Assembly (NCBI RefSeq): GCF_003918875.1
Contig: NW_025767346.1
Coordinates: 1,178,001-1,242,000 of the forward strand
DNA length: 64,000 nt
Reading direction: 5' to 3'
From: Haliotis rubra
Taxonomy: Eukaryota
In this document: in pieces, positions 36,367-49,241 of the stretch
How the letters are laid out: the number at the start of each line of letters is the position of its first letter
Position numbering within the stretch: position 1 is the stretch's first letter
The notes under the pieces: generated by a model
What the model was told of the DNA's origin: nothing
What the model saw: only the letters and a program-made list of their open reading frames with translations
Databases searched by the model: none
Made by a program: the position numbers and the translations under genes

Positions 36367-37399
36367 CAGGTCTTCAGTAACCCATGCTTGTCGTGAGAGG
36401 CGACTAACGGGATCGGATGGTCAAGCTCGCTGACTGCGTTGACAGATATCCTAACGGCGTACATCGATGCTCATGATGTTGATCACTGGATCGTCTAGTC
36501 CAGACTCAATAAAGTACAGACCGTCGCCATAGAACGGCCATGGAATTTTGCTGATACAGCGTTAAACACCAAACATATATTACATAACATATATCTAACA
36601 TATATTAGCTCACCTTTACAGTTTTAAGTGTCGAACAAAATAATGTACACGCTTGTAAATATAATTAGACAAAAATTACAAAAGTTTACAAAACGTTACT
36701 GGGCTGAAAACAGTCACCGAAACCCTGTATGGTCAACGTCCAAAGCACATCTTTGACACGGAATCAATACAAAACCATTTCTTGCTTGTACCAGTGGTAC
36801 CGTTCCAGTATTTGCCACATCAGCCGTAATGGAGATTTCTTTTCATGCTGCAGTTAAGATAAGTTTCGGATGGCTGCAAAATCGATCTAATTAGACACAA
36901 GGAAATGTTTTAGTTTAACAATAGCATTAATTACAACGACTAGACCGTGGCTGATATGCCTAGCGAAGCGTGGAGAGACGACTCCCTGAAAGATTAAAAC
37001 AAGGGCGGATACACTCATGTTTGGACAGCAAGTTGCCTCACGATGCTGTTAGAGGGACAAAGCGGAAGTGTGGGAAATAATTCATGTTTCAACTTAGTCA
37101 CGCTACCTTAACATGAAACGGGAGAATCCGTAATAAAATTAAAATATCAAATATTTATCTAAAGGAGATGACTGTGTCATAAATGCAGTATCGCTGGCAC
37201 TGAGGGACATAATATATGGTATTCTGGGAGGGTATGGAATTACTTTCAGTAATGTGTTCCATAAAAATGTGTCTCAGAGTTTACAGTCTGATAAATGTTA
37301 CAAGTTCTCAACAGAACTTGCGGAAACAAATTTAAAATACTCCGAATCTTAAGAGAGCAAAGATAAATGAATCTCTTGTAGACTTGGCCGAAACTATCG

Positions 37400-38240
37400 T
37401 GTGATCGTAATTCCTTACCTAAGCACAGACTTACGTCATTCGTAGCGCTAAGGTAACCGTAACTCCCATACCTTGATATAGACTTACGTCAGTCGTAGCG
37501 CTCAGGTGATCGTAATTCCTTACCTAAGCACAGACTTACGTCAGTCGTAGCGCTAAGGTAACCGTAATCCCATACCTTGATATAGACTTACGTCAGTCGT
37601 AGCGCTAAGGTAACCGTAACTCTCATACCTTAACACAGACTTACGTCAGTCGTAGCGCTAAGGTAACCGTAATTCCCATACCTTGATATAGACTTACGTC
37701 AGTCGTAGCGCTCAGGTGATCGTAATTCATTACCTAAGCACAGACTTACGTCAGTCGTAGCGCTAAGGTAACCGTAATCCCATACCTTGATATAGACTTA
37801 CGTCAGTCGTAGCGCTAAGGTAACCGTAACTCCCATACCTTAACACAGACTTACGTCAGTCGTAGCGCTAAAGTAACCGTAACTCCCATACCTTGATATA
37901 GACTTACGTCAGTCGTAGCGCTCAGGTGATCGTAATTCCTTACCTAAGCACAGACTTACGTCAGTCGTAGCGCTAAGGTAACCGTAATCCCATACCTTGA
38001 TATAGACTTACGTCAGTCGTAGCGCTAAGGTGATCGTAATCTCATGCCTTAACACAGACTTACGTCAGCCGTAGCGCTAAGGTGATCGTAATCCCATGCC
38101 TTAACACAGATTTACGTCAGCCGTAGCGCTAAGGTGATCGTTATCCCATGCCTTAACACAGACTTACGTCAGCCGTAGCGCTAAGGTGATCGTAATCCCA
38201 TACCTTAACACAGACTTACGTCAGTCGTAACGCTAAGATT
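37400..38240. repeat. 52-53-bp satellite, about 16 copies, derived from the MITE internal core
   Basis: Unit CGTAGCGCTAAGGT(G/A)A(T/C)CGTAACTCCCATACCTT(A/G)A(C/T)A(C/T)AGACTTACGTCAGT matches 49536-49588 and the reverse complement of about 36281-36345. Confidence 0.95.
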
Positions 38241-39497
38241 GCCTTGTACAACGGCAACCTGAACGGCAAGCGTGAAGTGCTGAACCGCACGTCCTCTTAA
38301 ACGCCCTCCATACAACCAACAGTCCTTATAGTAATGGCAGCATCACAGAGACGGTAGACTGGGAGAAGCACGTTCCATATCAAAAATGGTTAGAATGTGA
38401 ACTCCGCGTTTATTGTCTTCGGTCTTCCGACAACTGGAATATTGCTCAAGTTAACATAAAACCTAAACCGCTGACCAAACAAATCTAATATCGAGGCTAT
38501 GAAAACATAACGGGATAGTCTCGTTCCAAATATCAATTTCACGTACCATTAGAAATAGTTTATCGACCAAAATATCATAAACAAGACGAAACAACAAATC
38601 TCGCTCATGCATAAAGGTGGAGAAAAACATCGATTTGTTTTCTCCTGCAGCCGTTGTACCGGTCGGCAAAGCAGACAATACAAGCCACTCCTAACCCAAC
38701 CGAACAAACCACACATATCGTCGCCAGTCACGACTGGTCAGAATGCCAATTCCATCCTATGAGCCTTTCTTGGCAACCGGGCCGCGTTCGATAAGACGCC
38801 AGTGTCTCTTGTTAATTCGACAACGTTGCCCAGCTGAGTCGAAATACGTACACAAAGACATTCTTGAAGCACCGTTATGGAAGCGGGTAGTCCGATGGCT
38901 TTCCTTAATATATACACTATCTGTTCCAAGCCTTATCTACTCTTGATTAAAGGCTTTTAGAAGAAACTGATTAAGAGGAATATTATGGTGAACCTTCGCC
39001 GGACAAGTGCTGAAGTCGATACTAATTGGTATGTATGAGTTTGCTGGAGATTGTCTCTCTATCGTTCTTGATTGTCTCTGTAAGATCTGATACAGTGATA
39101 ATAATGGATGTCGTTAATGCTGGTGGATGCAGTCATTAAGTCGATATAACATTCTGTGTGTATAAATATAGTTCGGATGAACATAAACCTTTGATGTTGC
39201 GCGTGTTGTAGATACCATGTCGTGTAAAGTGTATCCTTTTCATTGCCCATTCCATTGGCTACTTAGTAAGGACATACGTAACCATCATCCGCACCAGCAT
39301 CGTCGCTAGATGAGGATCGTGTGTACACGTATTGCTGACATTACAGCAGGTTGGGTGCTCTGTGTGGTGTTCGATAAATTGATATAGTTGTAGATGAGAT
39401 TTTTGAACTGACGAAATTCGCTTTTATCAAGTTATCGTATTGATTTTATTATATTCTTTTAATATCACTACAACCTATATATATATACAAAATCTAG

Positions 39498-39662
39498 CGG
39501 GTGGTGGCTAGCCTAATGGTTAAAGCGTCCGCTTGTCACGTCGAAGACCCGGGTTCGATTCCCCACATGGGCATAATGTGCGAAGCCCATTTCTGGTGGC
39601 CCCCATCGTGATATTGCTGGAATACTGCTAAAATCGGCGTAAAACCATACTCACTCACTCAC
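39498..39662 (+). mobile_element. Family A SINE
   Basis: TAGCCTAATGGTTAAAGCG...GGGTTCGATTCCCC; 3' flank shared with the 4190 locus. Confidence 0.88.
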
Positions 39663-40394
39663 ATAAACTGGCAATAATATATTTGAAACCAGTCGCTACA
39701 TACATAGCATGATGAGGGTTTACTGAGGTCAATACATAAATTAAGTAATGGTGACGTACAGTCTATTTAGAATTGCATAATATAGAGCGACAAAAAGTTG
39801 AGAATTTAATCAAATCCGAGACATTTTTACATTGAAATAAACTATCATTTCAAATACAGATGATCTCTTGATGTACAGTGTTGGTAGTTGTTTCGTTCTC
39901 AGATCGTTGAAATAGTTACAGTTGAACAAGAAGTGTTATTAATCTCCAATATCATCTGAAACACATAGGGTACATTTTCTATAAAATTGTGAACCATCTA
40001 CCCGTATCAAACACATCACCATTGAATTATCATTTAGCAATACTTTTAACCACCATCTAGCATGGGTGTATACTTTCTTTTGCTATTCAGTTTAATTATA
40101 TATTGTATTATTTTGGCCTTTTCATTGTGTTTCGTGATTATTGACGTTTGTCAAAAAGGAAGGCCGTCTTAGAAACTGTGTCATGAGGCAAGTACTTAAG
40201 TAAAAATCATCCATTATCTATTGATAATTGAATAGACGGTTTCACGCATGAACGATAATTATGACAGTCGGCTAACGATCCAGGTTGGACAACTCCTCGT
40301 GTTATTGTTGGTGCGTTCTATTTGAAACTCCCAGTAAACTCTATTCAAGGTCGTGAATTCTCACTCAACCTTTCAGCGCTGCAACAGCGTTTAT

Positions 40395-43300
40395 TCGATT
40401 TGAAACCTCTGGTAAGCTTCATCCCAGTCCGTGCAACTTCTCTCACCCTGTCAGCCCTGTAACTGCTTGTGTTGGATTTGAAACCCTACTGTCTGGTCAA
40501 CTCCATCCCAGTTCGTGCAGCTTCTCTCACCCTGTCAACCCTGTAACTGTCTGCGTTCGATTTGAAACCCTACTGTCTGGTCAACTCCATCCCAGTTCGT
40601 GCAGCTTCTCTCACCCTGTCAACCCTGTAACTGTCTGCGTTCGATTTGAAACCCTACTGTCAGGTCAACTCCATCCCAGTTCCGTGCAGCTTCTCTCACC
40701 CTGTCAGCCCTGTAACTGATAGTGTTGGATTTGAAACCCTACTGCCAGGTCAACTCCATCCCAGTTCGTGCAGCTTCTCTCACCCTGTCAGCCCTGTAAC
40801 TGCTTGTGTTGGATTTGAAACCCTACTGCCAGGTCAACTCCATCCCAGTTCGTGCAGCTTCTCTCACCCTGTCAGCCCTGTAACTGCTTGTGTTGGATTT
40901 GAAACCCTACTGTCAGGTCAACTCCATCCCAGTTCCGTGCAGCTTCTCTCACCCTGTCAACCCTGTAACTGCTTGTGTTGGATTTGAAACCCTACTGTCA
41001 GGTCAACTCCATCCCAGTTCCGTGCAACTTCTCTCACCCTGTCAGCCCTGTAACTGCTTGTGTTGGATTTGAAACCCTACTGCCATCTCACCCTGTCAGC
41101 CCTGTAACTGCTTGTGTTGGATTTGAAACCCTGCTGCCAGGTCAACTCCATCCCAGTTCGTGCAGCTTCTCTCACCCTGTCAACCCTGTAACTGTCTGTG
41201 TTCGATTTGAAACCCTACTGTCAGGTCAGCTCCATCCCAGTTCCGTGCAGCTTCTCTCACCCTGTCAGCCCTGTAACTGCTTGTGTTGGATTTGAAACCC
41301 TACTGCCAGGTCAACTTCATCCCAGTTCGTGCAGCTTCTCTCACCCTGTCAACCCTGTAACTGTCTGCGTTCGATTTGAAACCCTACTGTCAGGTCAGCT
41401 CCATCCCAGTTCCGTGCAGCTTCTCTCACCCTGTCAGCCCTGTAACTGATAGTGTTGGATTTGAAACCCTACTGCCAGGTCAACTCCATCCCAGTTCGTG
41501 CAGCTTCTCTCACCCTGTCAGCCCTGTAACTGCTTGTGTTGGATTTGAAACCCTACTGCCAGGTCAACTCCATCCCAGTTCGTGCAGCTTCTCTCACCCT
41601 GTCAGCCCTGTAACTGCTTGTGTTGGATTTGAAACCCTACTGTCAGGTCAACTCCATCCCAGTTCCGTGCAGCTTCTCTCACCCTGTCAGCCCTGTAACT
41701 GATAGTGTTGGATTTGAAACCCTACTGCCAGGTCAACTCCATCCCAGTTCGTGCAGCTTCTCTCACCCTGTCAGCCCTGTAACTGCTTGTGTTGGATTTG
41801 AAACCCTACTGCCAGGTCAACTCCATCCCAGTTCGTGCAGCTTCTCTCACCCTGTCAGCCCTGTAACTGCTTGTGTTGGATTTGAAACCCTACTGTCAGG
41901 TCAACTCCATCCCAGTTCCGTGCAGCTTCTCTCACCCTGTCAACCCTGTAACTGCTTGTGTTGGATTTGAAACCCTACTGTCAGGTCAACTCCATCCCAG
42001 TTCCGTGCAACTTCTCTCACCCTGTCAGCCCTGTAACTGCTTGTGTTGGATTTGAAACCCTACTGCCAGGTCAACTCCATCCCAGTTCGTGCAGCTTCTC
42101 TCACCCTGTCAACCCTGTAACTGTCTGCGTTCGATTTGAAACCCTACTGTCAGGTCAACTCCATCCCAGTTCCGTGCAGCTTCTCTCACCCTGTCAACCC
42201 TGTAACTGCTTGTGTTGGATTTGAAACCCTACTGCCAGGTCAACTTCATCCCAGTTCGTGCAGCTTCTCTCACCCTGTCAACCCTGTAACTGTCTGCGTT
42301 CGATTTGAAACCCTACTGTCAGGTCAACTCCATCCCAGTTCCGTGCAGCTTCTCTCACCCTGTCAGCCCTGTAACTGATAGTGTTGGATTTGAAACCCTA
42401 CTGCCAGGTCAACTCCATCCCAGTTCGTGCAGCTTCTCTCACCCTGTCAGCCCTGTAACTGCTTGTGTTGGATTTGAAACCCTACTGCCAGGTCAACTCC
42501 ATCCCAGTTCGTGCAGCTTCTCTCACCCTGTCAGCCCTGTAACTGCTTGTGTTGGATTTGAAACCCTACTGTCAGGTCAACTCCATCCCAGTTCCGTGCA
42601 GCTTCTCTCACCCTGTCAGCCCTGTAACTGATAGTGTTGGATTTGAAACCCTACTGCCAGGTCAACTCCATCCCAGTTCGTGCAGCTTCTCTCACCCTGT
42701 CAGCCCTGTAACTGCTTGTGTTGGATTTGAAACCCTACTGCCAGGTCAACTCCATCCCAGTTCGTGCAGCTTCTCTCACCCTGTCAGCCCTGTAACTGCT
42801 TGTGTTGGATTTGAAACCCTACTGTCAGGTCAACTCCATCCCAGTTCCGTGCAGCTTCTCTCACCCTGTCAACCCTGTAACTGCTTGTGTTGGATTTGAA
42901 ACCCTACTGTCTGGTCAACTCCATCCCAGTTCCGTGCAGCTTCTCTCACCCTGTCAGCGCTGCCACTGCTTGTGTTGGATTTGAAACCCTACTGTCAGAT
43001 CAACTCCATCCCAGTCCGTGCAGCTTTTCTCACCCTGTCAGCGCTGCCACTGCTTGTGTTGGATTTGAAACCCTACTGCCAGATCAACTCCATCCCAGTC
43101 CGTGCAATTTCTCTCACCCTGTCAGCCCTGTAACTGCTTGTGTTGGATTTGAAACCCTACTGTCAGATCAACTCCATCCCAGTTCCGTGCAACTTCTCTC
43201 ACCCTGTCAGCCCTGTAACTGCTTGTGTTGGATTTGAAACCCTACTGTCAGGTCAACTCCATCCCAGTTCGTGCAGCTTCTCTCACCCTGTCAGTCCTGT

Positions 43301-44520
43301 AACTGCTTGTGTTGGATTTGAAACCCTACTGTCTGGTCAACTCCATCCCAGTTCGTGCAGCTTCTCTCACCCTGTCAGCGCTGTAACTGCTTGTGTTGGA
43401 TTTGAAACCCTACTGTCAGATCAACTCCATCCCAGTCCGTGCAGCTTCTCTCACCCTGTCAGCCCTGTAACTGTTTGTGTTGGATTTGAAACCCTACTGT
43501 CTGGTCAACTCCATCCCAGTTCCCTGCAACTTCTCTCACCCTGTCAGCCCTGTAACTGCTTGTGTTGGATTTGAAACCCTACTGTCTGGTCAACTCCATC
43601 CCAGTTCGTGCAGCTTCTCTCACCCTGTCAGCGCTGTAACTGCTTGTGTTGGATTTGAAACCCTACTGTCAGATCAACTCCATCCCATTCCGTGCAGCTT
43701 CTCTCACCCTGTCAGCCCTGTAACTGCTTGTGTTGGATTTGAAACCCTACTGTCAGGTCAACTCCATCCCAGTTCGTGCAGCTTCTCTCACCCTGTCAGC
43801 CCTGTAACTGCTTGTGTTGGATTTGAAACCCTACTGTCTGGTCAACTCCATCCCAGTTCGTGCAGCTTCTCTCACCCTGTCAGCGCTGTAACTGCTTGTG
43901 TTGGATTTGAAACCCTACTGTCAGATCAACTCCATCCCATTCCGTGCAGCTTCTCTCACCCTGTCAGCCCTGTAACTGCTTGTGTTGGATTTGAAACCCT
44001 ACTGTCTGGTCAACTCCATCCCAGTTCGTGCAGCTTCTCTCACCCTGTCAGCGCTGTAACTGCTTGTGTTGGATTTGAAACCCTACTGTCAGATCAACTC
44101 CATCCCATTCCGTGCAGCTTCTCTCACCCTGTCAGCCCTGTAACTGCTTGTGTTGGATTTGAAACCCTACTGTCAGGTCAACTCCATCCCAGTTCGTGCA
44201 GCTTCTCTCACCCTGTCAGCCCTGTAACTGCTTGTGTTGGATTTGAAACCCATTCAACTCCATTCCCGTTCGTGCAGCTTCTCTCACCCTGTCAACCCTG
44301 TAACTGCTTGCGTTCGATTTGAAACCCATTCAACTCCATTCCCGTTCGTGCAGCTTCTCTCACCCTGTCAACCCTGTAACTGCTTGCGTTCGATTTGAAA
44401 CCCATTCAACTCCATTCCCGTTCGTGCAGCTTCTCTCACCCTGTCAGTTCTCTAACTGCTTGTGTAGGATTTGACACCCTACTGCCAGGTCAACTCCATC
44501 CCATTCCGTGCAACTTCAAT
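40395..44520. repeat. 84/85-bp satellite, about 48 copies, with higher-order structure
   Basis: Unit GATTTGAAACCCTACTG(C/T)CAGGTCAACTCCATCCCAGTTC(C)GTGCAGCTTCTCTCACCCTGTCAGCCCTGTAACTGCTTGTGTTG. Confidence 0.97.
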
Positions 44521-45211
44521 CACGTTCGATTCGAAAACCTAGATACCCCTTTCAGAACTGTCATTCGATGTAAAAACCCTCGACGCTCGCATCCCTGGGC
44601 CTAGTTAACTCTTGGTGACGTAACCCCAGTTAACCTTGGCTTTGGCGGGCCAATGTAAACCTTGGCCTTGGCTGGCCAATGTTACTTCATGTAAGCTCAT
44701 TTAGGTCAAAACGTCGGTTTCCCTATGTTGCTCACAACTACCCTTCCCTTAGGGGTATAGTACGTCATCGGTAACGGCAACCAGTGTCATGTATCAATAC
44801 AATAATACGAAAAGGCATTTTGAATAAATTTGGTACTGAGAGTGTATGTGTAGTCGTACAGGCATCAGGAAAAATATACTTTCCATAACTGCTGTTTATG
44901 TTTAGAATCAACGATGCAACTCTTTTTATTATCTGATCATCATGCATCTCTTTAATGTTACAATTGTTAAACTTCGGTTATAACAAATTTATAGGGACCA
45001 CCAACGTTAGTTCGTTATAAGCGAAGTTCGTCTTGTCCAGACTCGATTGTTTACATATAGATGACTGGAATATTTCTTAACAAACAAATATACAAAACCT
45101 ATAGAGTGTCATACATACAGTGACAGTGTTTGTCTCAGAACACACTAATAATAATTCAATAGGTAAATTGGTTGAGAATTACAATATTTCATTTTTCCCT
45201 TTAATAGTACA

Positions 45212-45650
45212 AAAGCACATGTGCAAGAAAACATCCAATGTAACACCAATATTGACGAATCTCCACTGGCTCCCAGTACAAGATAGAATCGAGTTCAAAG
45301 TGTTATCCCTGACCTACAGCTGTTACCATGATGTTGCAACAGGATATCTGAAAGAACTTCTCCAGAAATATACTTCATGCAAAAACCTGAGATCCAATGA
45401 TCAACTTTTATTTACCATCCCCAGGACCAATCTCAAATCCTTCGGCCAGAGATCATTCTCATTCTGTGCTCCTTCTCTCTGGAACTGTCTTCCTTTTGAT
45501 ATCAAAACCTCCCCATCTTTAGCTGTCTTCAAGTCCAAACTTAAAACCCATCTCTTCTCCAAGTTCTATCCTTGATACCTGCGCTTTGAGCAACCGCAAC
45601 GGATGGGAAATAGCGCAATATAAATGCACTTATTATTGTTATTATTATTA
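45212..45650 (+). mobile_element. 5'-truncated L2/CR1-group LINE: C-terminus of ORF2, 3' UTR and (TTA)n tail
   Basis: VTPILTNLHWLPVQDRIEFKV...LRS...FGQRSFSFCAPSLWNCLPFDIKTSPSLAVFKSKLKTHLF is the typical L2-clade ORF2 end; followed by GCGCTTTGAG...GCGCAATATAAATG and (TTA)n. Confidence 0.9.
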
Positions 45651-46032
45651 TGGATTAACCTCTCGTTTCAAGTCGATGTTTACATTTCTTCTTTGTTTTC
45701 ACCATCTGATGGTGACGTTGTTCAAGCTTGTATCAGTTTTGTGATGAATATTTGCTACTCCCAATTGGACCTAATTTTCTTTCCAGTAAATTGGGTTTTT
45801 TCTCCCTCGGTGCTTTCTATCTCTTTGAAGACACAGGTAGTAATCAATTCGTTAATTAGTTACAACCAAGCAGTGTACACAATACATGCAACCCTGATAG
45901 TAATAGACCAAACATGAAATTATTGTTGTATCTGACACCCTTGAGGAGGGTCACATTATTTACAAGAGTTCGAAGTTGTCCTGTGTATGTGAGATAGCAG
46001 GAAAAATGCAATACACAGTTCTTTGGTTTTTT

Positions 46033-46167
46033 GGCAGTGGAGTAGCCTTGTGGGTAACGCGTTTGCTCTTCACGTCGCAGACCCAGGTTCGATTCTCCAT
46101 ACGGGTACAATCTGTGAAGCCCATTTTTGGTGTTGCCCGCCGTGATATTGCTGGAACTAAAACTCAC
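46033..46167 (+). mobile_element. Family A SINE (diverged)
   Basis: GTAGCCTTGTGG...GGTTCGATTC...TGTGAAGCCCATTT. Confidence 0.75.
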
Positions 46168-46368
46168 TCTTTGGTTTTATGTTTGTCCGCGTGGGGCACG
46201 GGAAGCCAAGTGAGTTATGCCCAGGTTTTTGAGTTCGAATCCCTTGGTGGTGGTGATAATATTTTGTTTACATTTGCAAAGTCTGCATCCTATCCATAGT
46301 CGGGTTCTCCAAAGAGGAAAACACTGAGACCTGTGTTATTTCGGGTTCTTCTCTCATATCATGCGGGA

Positions 46369-46612
46369 TCCGTGAAGGTCCGGGTTAGAATATTGATCTT
46401 CAGCAACCCATGCTTGTCGTAAGAGGCGACTAACGGGATCGGGTGGTCAGGCTCGCTGACTTGGTTGACACATGTCATCCGTTCCCAATTGCGCAGATCG
46501 ATGCTCATGCTGTTGATCACTGGATTGTCTGTTCCAGACTCGATTATTTACAGACCGTCACCATAGAGCTGGAATATGGCTGAGGGTGGCGTAAAACTAA
46601 ACTCACTCACTC
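46369..46612 (+). mobile_element. Family B retroposon, full length
   Basis: Consensus match; TSD-like CTCATA(T/G)CATG(C/T)GG on both sides. Confidence 0.92.
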
Positions 46613-46664
46613 ACTCATAGCATGTGGACACCTCGTGATATTACTGTAATACTTTTAAAATAGC

Positions 46665-46840
46665 TCAAACTCACTCACTTAACAACTTACTCACTCAGTA
46701 GGTCACTGACTCACTCACTGATTGACTCACTCACTGACTCACTCATTGACTCACTCACTGACTCACCCACTCAACTGCTAACTCAACCGCTCAACCATTC
46801 ACTCAACCACTCACTCAACCATTTACTCAACCATTCAACC
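46665..46840. repeat. (ACTC)n-derived simple repeat tract
   Basis: ACTCACTCACTG and CTCAACCA repeats. Confidence 0.85.
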
Positions 46841-47594
46841 ATGCCAACATTTATCACGTATAAACACTCATCCTCTGCGTCGTCAGTGAGTTAGCCAAAT
46901 GGTTAAAACGGGCGCCAACCAGTCACATCGACGACCAGGTTCTATTTCCTACATGGGCCCATCCCTACATGTGAGAGCCAGTCCACATAATTTATACCAC
47001 ACCTTTTCACTATTAAAAGTTAGCAAGGAGCGGCGCAAATCAAAACTCATTCAACGGCAATTCGATTTCGGCGTCTGGAAACAGATGTGCAACGATTGTA
47101 TGTCAAACACTGACTGTGTGTGTTGAAAGTCAAGCAGTGGTGATTCAGATGGCGACATATTGACGTGGCGAGGTGTCAGACTCACGGTCACACTGTCCTG
47201 AGTGGAAGTCGATCTACTTACGATATGGTCAGTGGAATCCCCCTTGACGGTCAACACTGACCATCTCAGCCCAATCCTGTACCACTGGAACTCTTTCTCC
47301 AAGATCTCAGAGAATGAATAATTAATCCAACTCCACTCCAGTTTGGCAAGTTCAGATTGTCCAAGCCATAGCTCTGATATTGATTAGGAAACCATTTTAA
47401 GGATACATTATAATTGTGCATGTTTCTGAAAAGGATGACTTTAAGTCTGTTAGTGTGAATGCAAGTCAAGTGGTTGTATTGACGTAGAGGGGATTGGGAA
47501 GGGATTTTTATGTCTTATTTGCTTCTGTATATATAGATTTTTTGTGTTGCATTTTGTTTATTTTGAATATTGGAGGTCGGGGCATTTGGAGGAG

Positions 47595-48068
47595 GAGTGA
47601 GTGAGTGAGTATGGTTTTACGTCGTTTTTAGCAATATTCCAGCAATATCACGGCGGGGGTACACCACAAAATGGGCTTCACACATTGTACCCATGTGGGG
47701 AATCGAACCCGGGTCTTCGGCGCGACGAGCGGACGCTTTAACCATTGGGCTAACCCATCGCCCCTGATGTGGAGGACACAGAGCGAGTGAAGGGTAGGGT
47801 GTTGGGAGTGGTTGAGCGTCGTATGGACTGGGGTAATACATCATTACAGCATTGTAGCGTGTACAATGACCAAAACCTCGAAATGTTACTGTGGCGGTGG
47901 GGTAGCCTAGTGGTTAAAGCGTTCGCTCGTCACGCCAAAGACCCGGATTCGATTCCCACATGGGTACAATGTGTGAAGCCCATTTCTGGTGTCTCCCGCC
48001 GTGATATTGCTCGAATATTGCCAAAAGCGGCGTAAAACTAAACTCACTCACTCACTCAGTCACTCACT
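47595..48068. mobile_element. Head-to-head pair of family A SINEs (47595-47764 -, 47893-48068 +)
   Basis: Both match the consensus. Confidence 0.9.
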
Positions 48069-48955
48069 ACAGGTCTGAGAACATTCGCCGAAAAAAGCTT
48101 CAAATTTTATCTCCTAACCACAACGATGATTTATATATACATAGCCAGCAAATAACGTTTTGTTTGAAGTCACCATCAAACATAGGTGCATACTCTCTTT
48201 TGTCCTTCAGTTTATTTCGTTGGCATAACACTAGTAAAGAAAATATGCCAGCAAATGTAGTATCATTAATTTGTTCGACTGGTATTTTGTATTCAGGCTT
48301 TTGTTTAACATTTCACCATTTAGGTGACGTTTAAGTTCCATACCACTTGCTCGTCTGTTCTCATTTTTGAATTCACGTTGGGACTCTTGACAAACACCAA
48401 TATAATACCTTTGTACAACCGAAATGCAGGCAAATCAAAGAAGTTTGCCTCGTTTGAATCCCCGAGATTTTAAAAGTCTTCTAAAACTCTTTGATCAGAC
48501 CCGTATTTGAGTGAATGCTATCGTTCGCCGTATTCACCAATACTGAAGCTATAATATCGATTTGTCCTGTTAAATCAGTAGTTCAATTAAAGGAACCCAT
48601 CGATCGATATCTAAAGGTTGGAGTACGTAATGCACATGTGATCTTTGTACATCATGATTCCTTCTCTCCACATGGCCCCAGGGATTTAACTACTTTATGG
48701 ACTGATGTGTAAATTGCTCACTGATGTACAAATAACATGATAATTGATGCATCGTTGTATCTTCCCCAGGGAGTTGAAAATGAAAGCTGAGTGCACACTG
48801 ATCCATCACCGGGTTAATTGTGTAAGCTTTGAGCAAGCTGTAGAGAGAGGATTTGACTGTTCGAGCCAAGATAGGCACTGATTTTCCTATCTCGAAGTCG
48901 ATATACCCAATAAACAATCGAAATAAGTGGCTTGAAATATTATTTAACAGTGTTA

Positions 48956-49125
48956 GGAGCGGTGGGGTAGCCAAGTGGGTGCGGCGTTCGCTCGTCACAC
49001 CGAAGATCCGGGTTCGATTCCACACATGACATGGGTACAATGTGTGAAACCTATTTCTCGTGTCCCCCGCCACGATATTGCTTGAATACTGCTAAAAGTG
49101 TCGTAAAACTAAAGTTTTAACTCAC
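48956..49125 (+). mobile_element. Family A SINE
   Basis: GCGGTGGGGTAGCCAAGTGG...GGTTCGATTCC. Confidence 0.85.
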
Positions 49126-49241
49126 TTACCCATATAACAGCGTGTTTGTGTATCAACGCTTTACGCTTAATCGTATACGAGTAGCAATATTTAAGCTTTA
49201 GAGTACCACCATCCAATCAGCGGATCCACGCATTCGCGTAC

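Noticed and set aside
40395-44520. CRISPR-like array (units contain ATTTGAAAC) and Cys/Pro-rich ORFs
   Set aside because: No unique spacers, no cas genes and a eukaryotic context; alternating 84/85-bp units shift the frame
45120-45575. 151-aa host gene
   Set aside because: It is the 3' end of an L2-type ORF2 read in frame from unrelated upstream DNA
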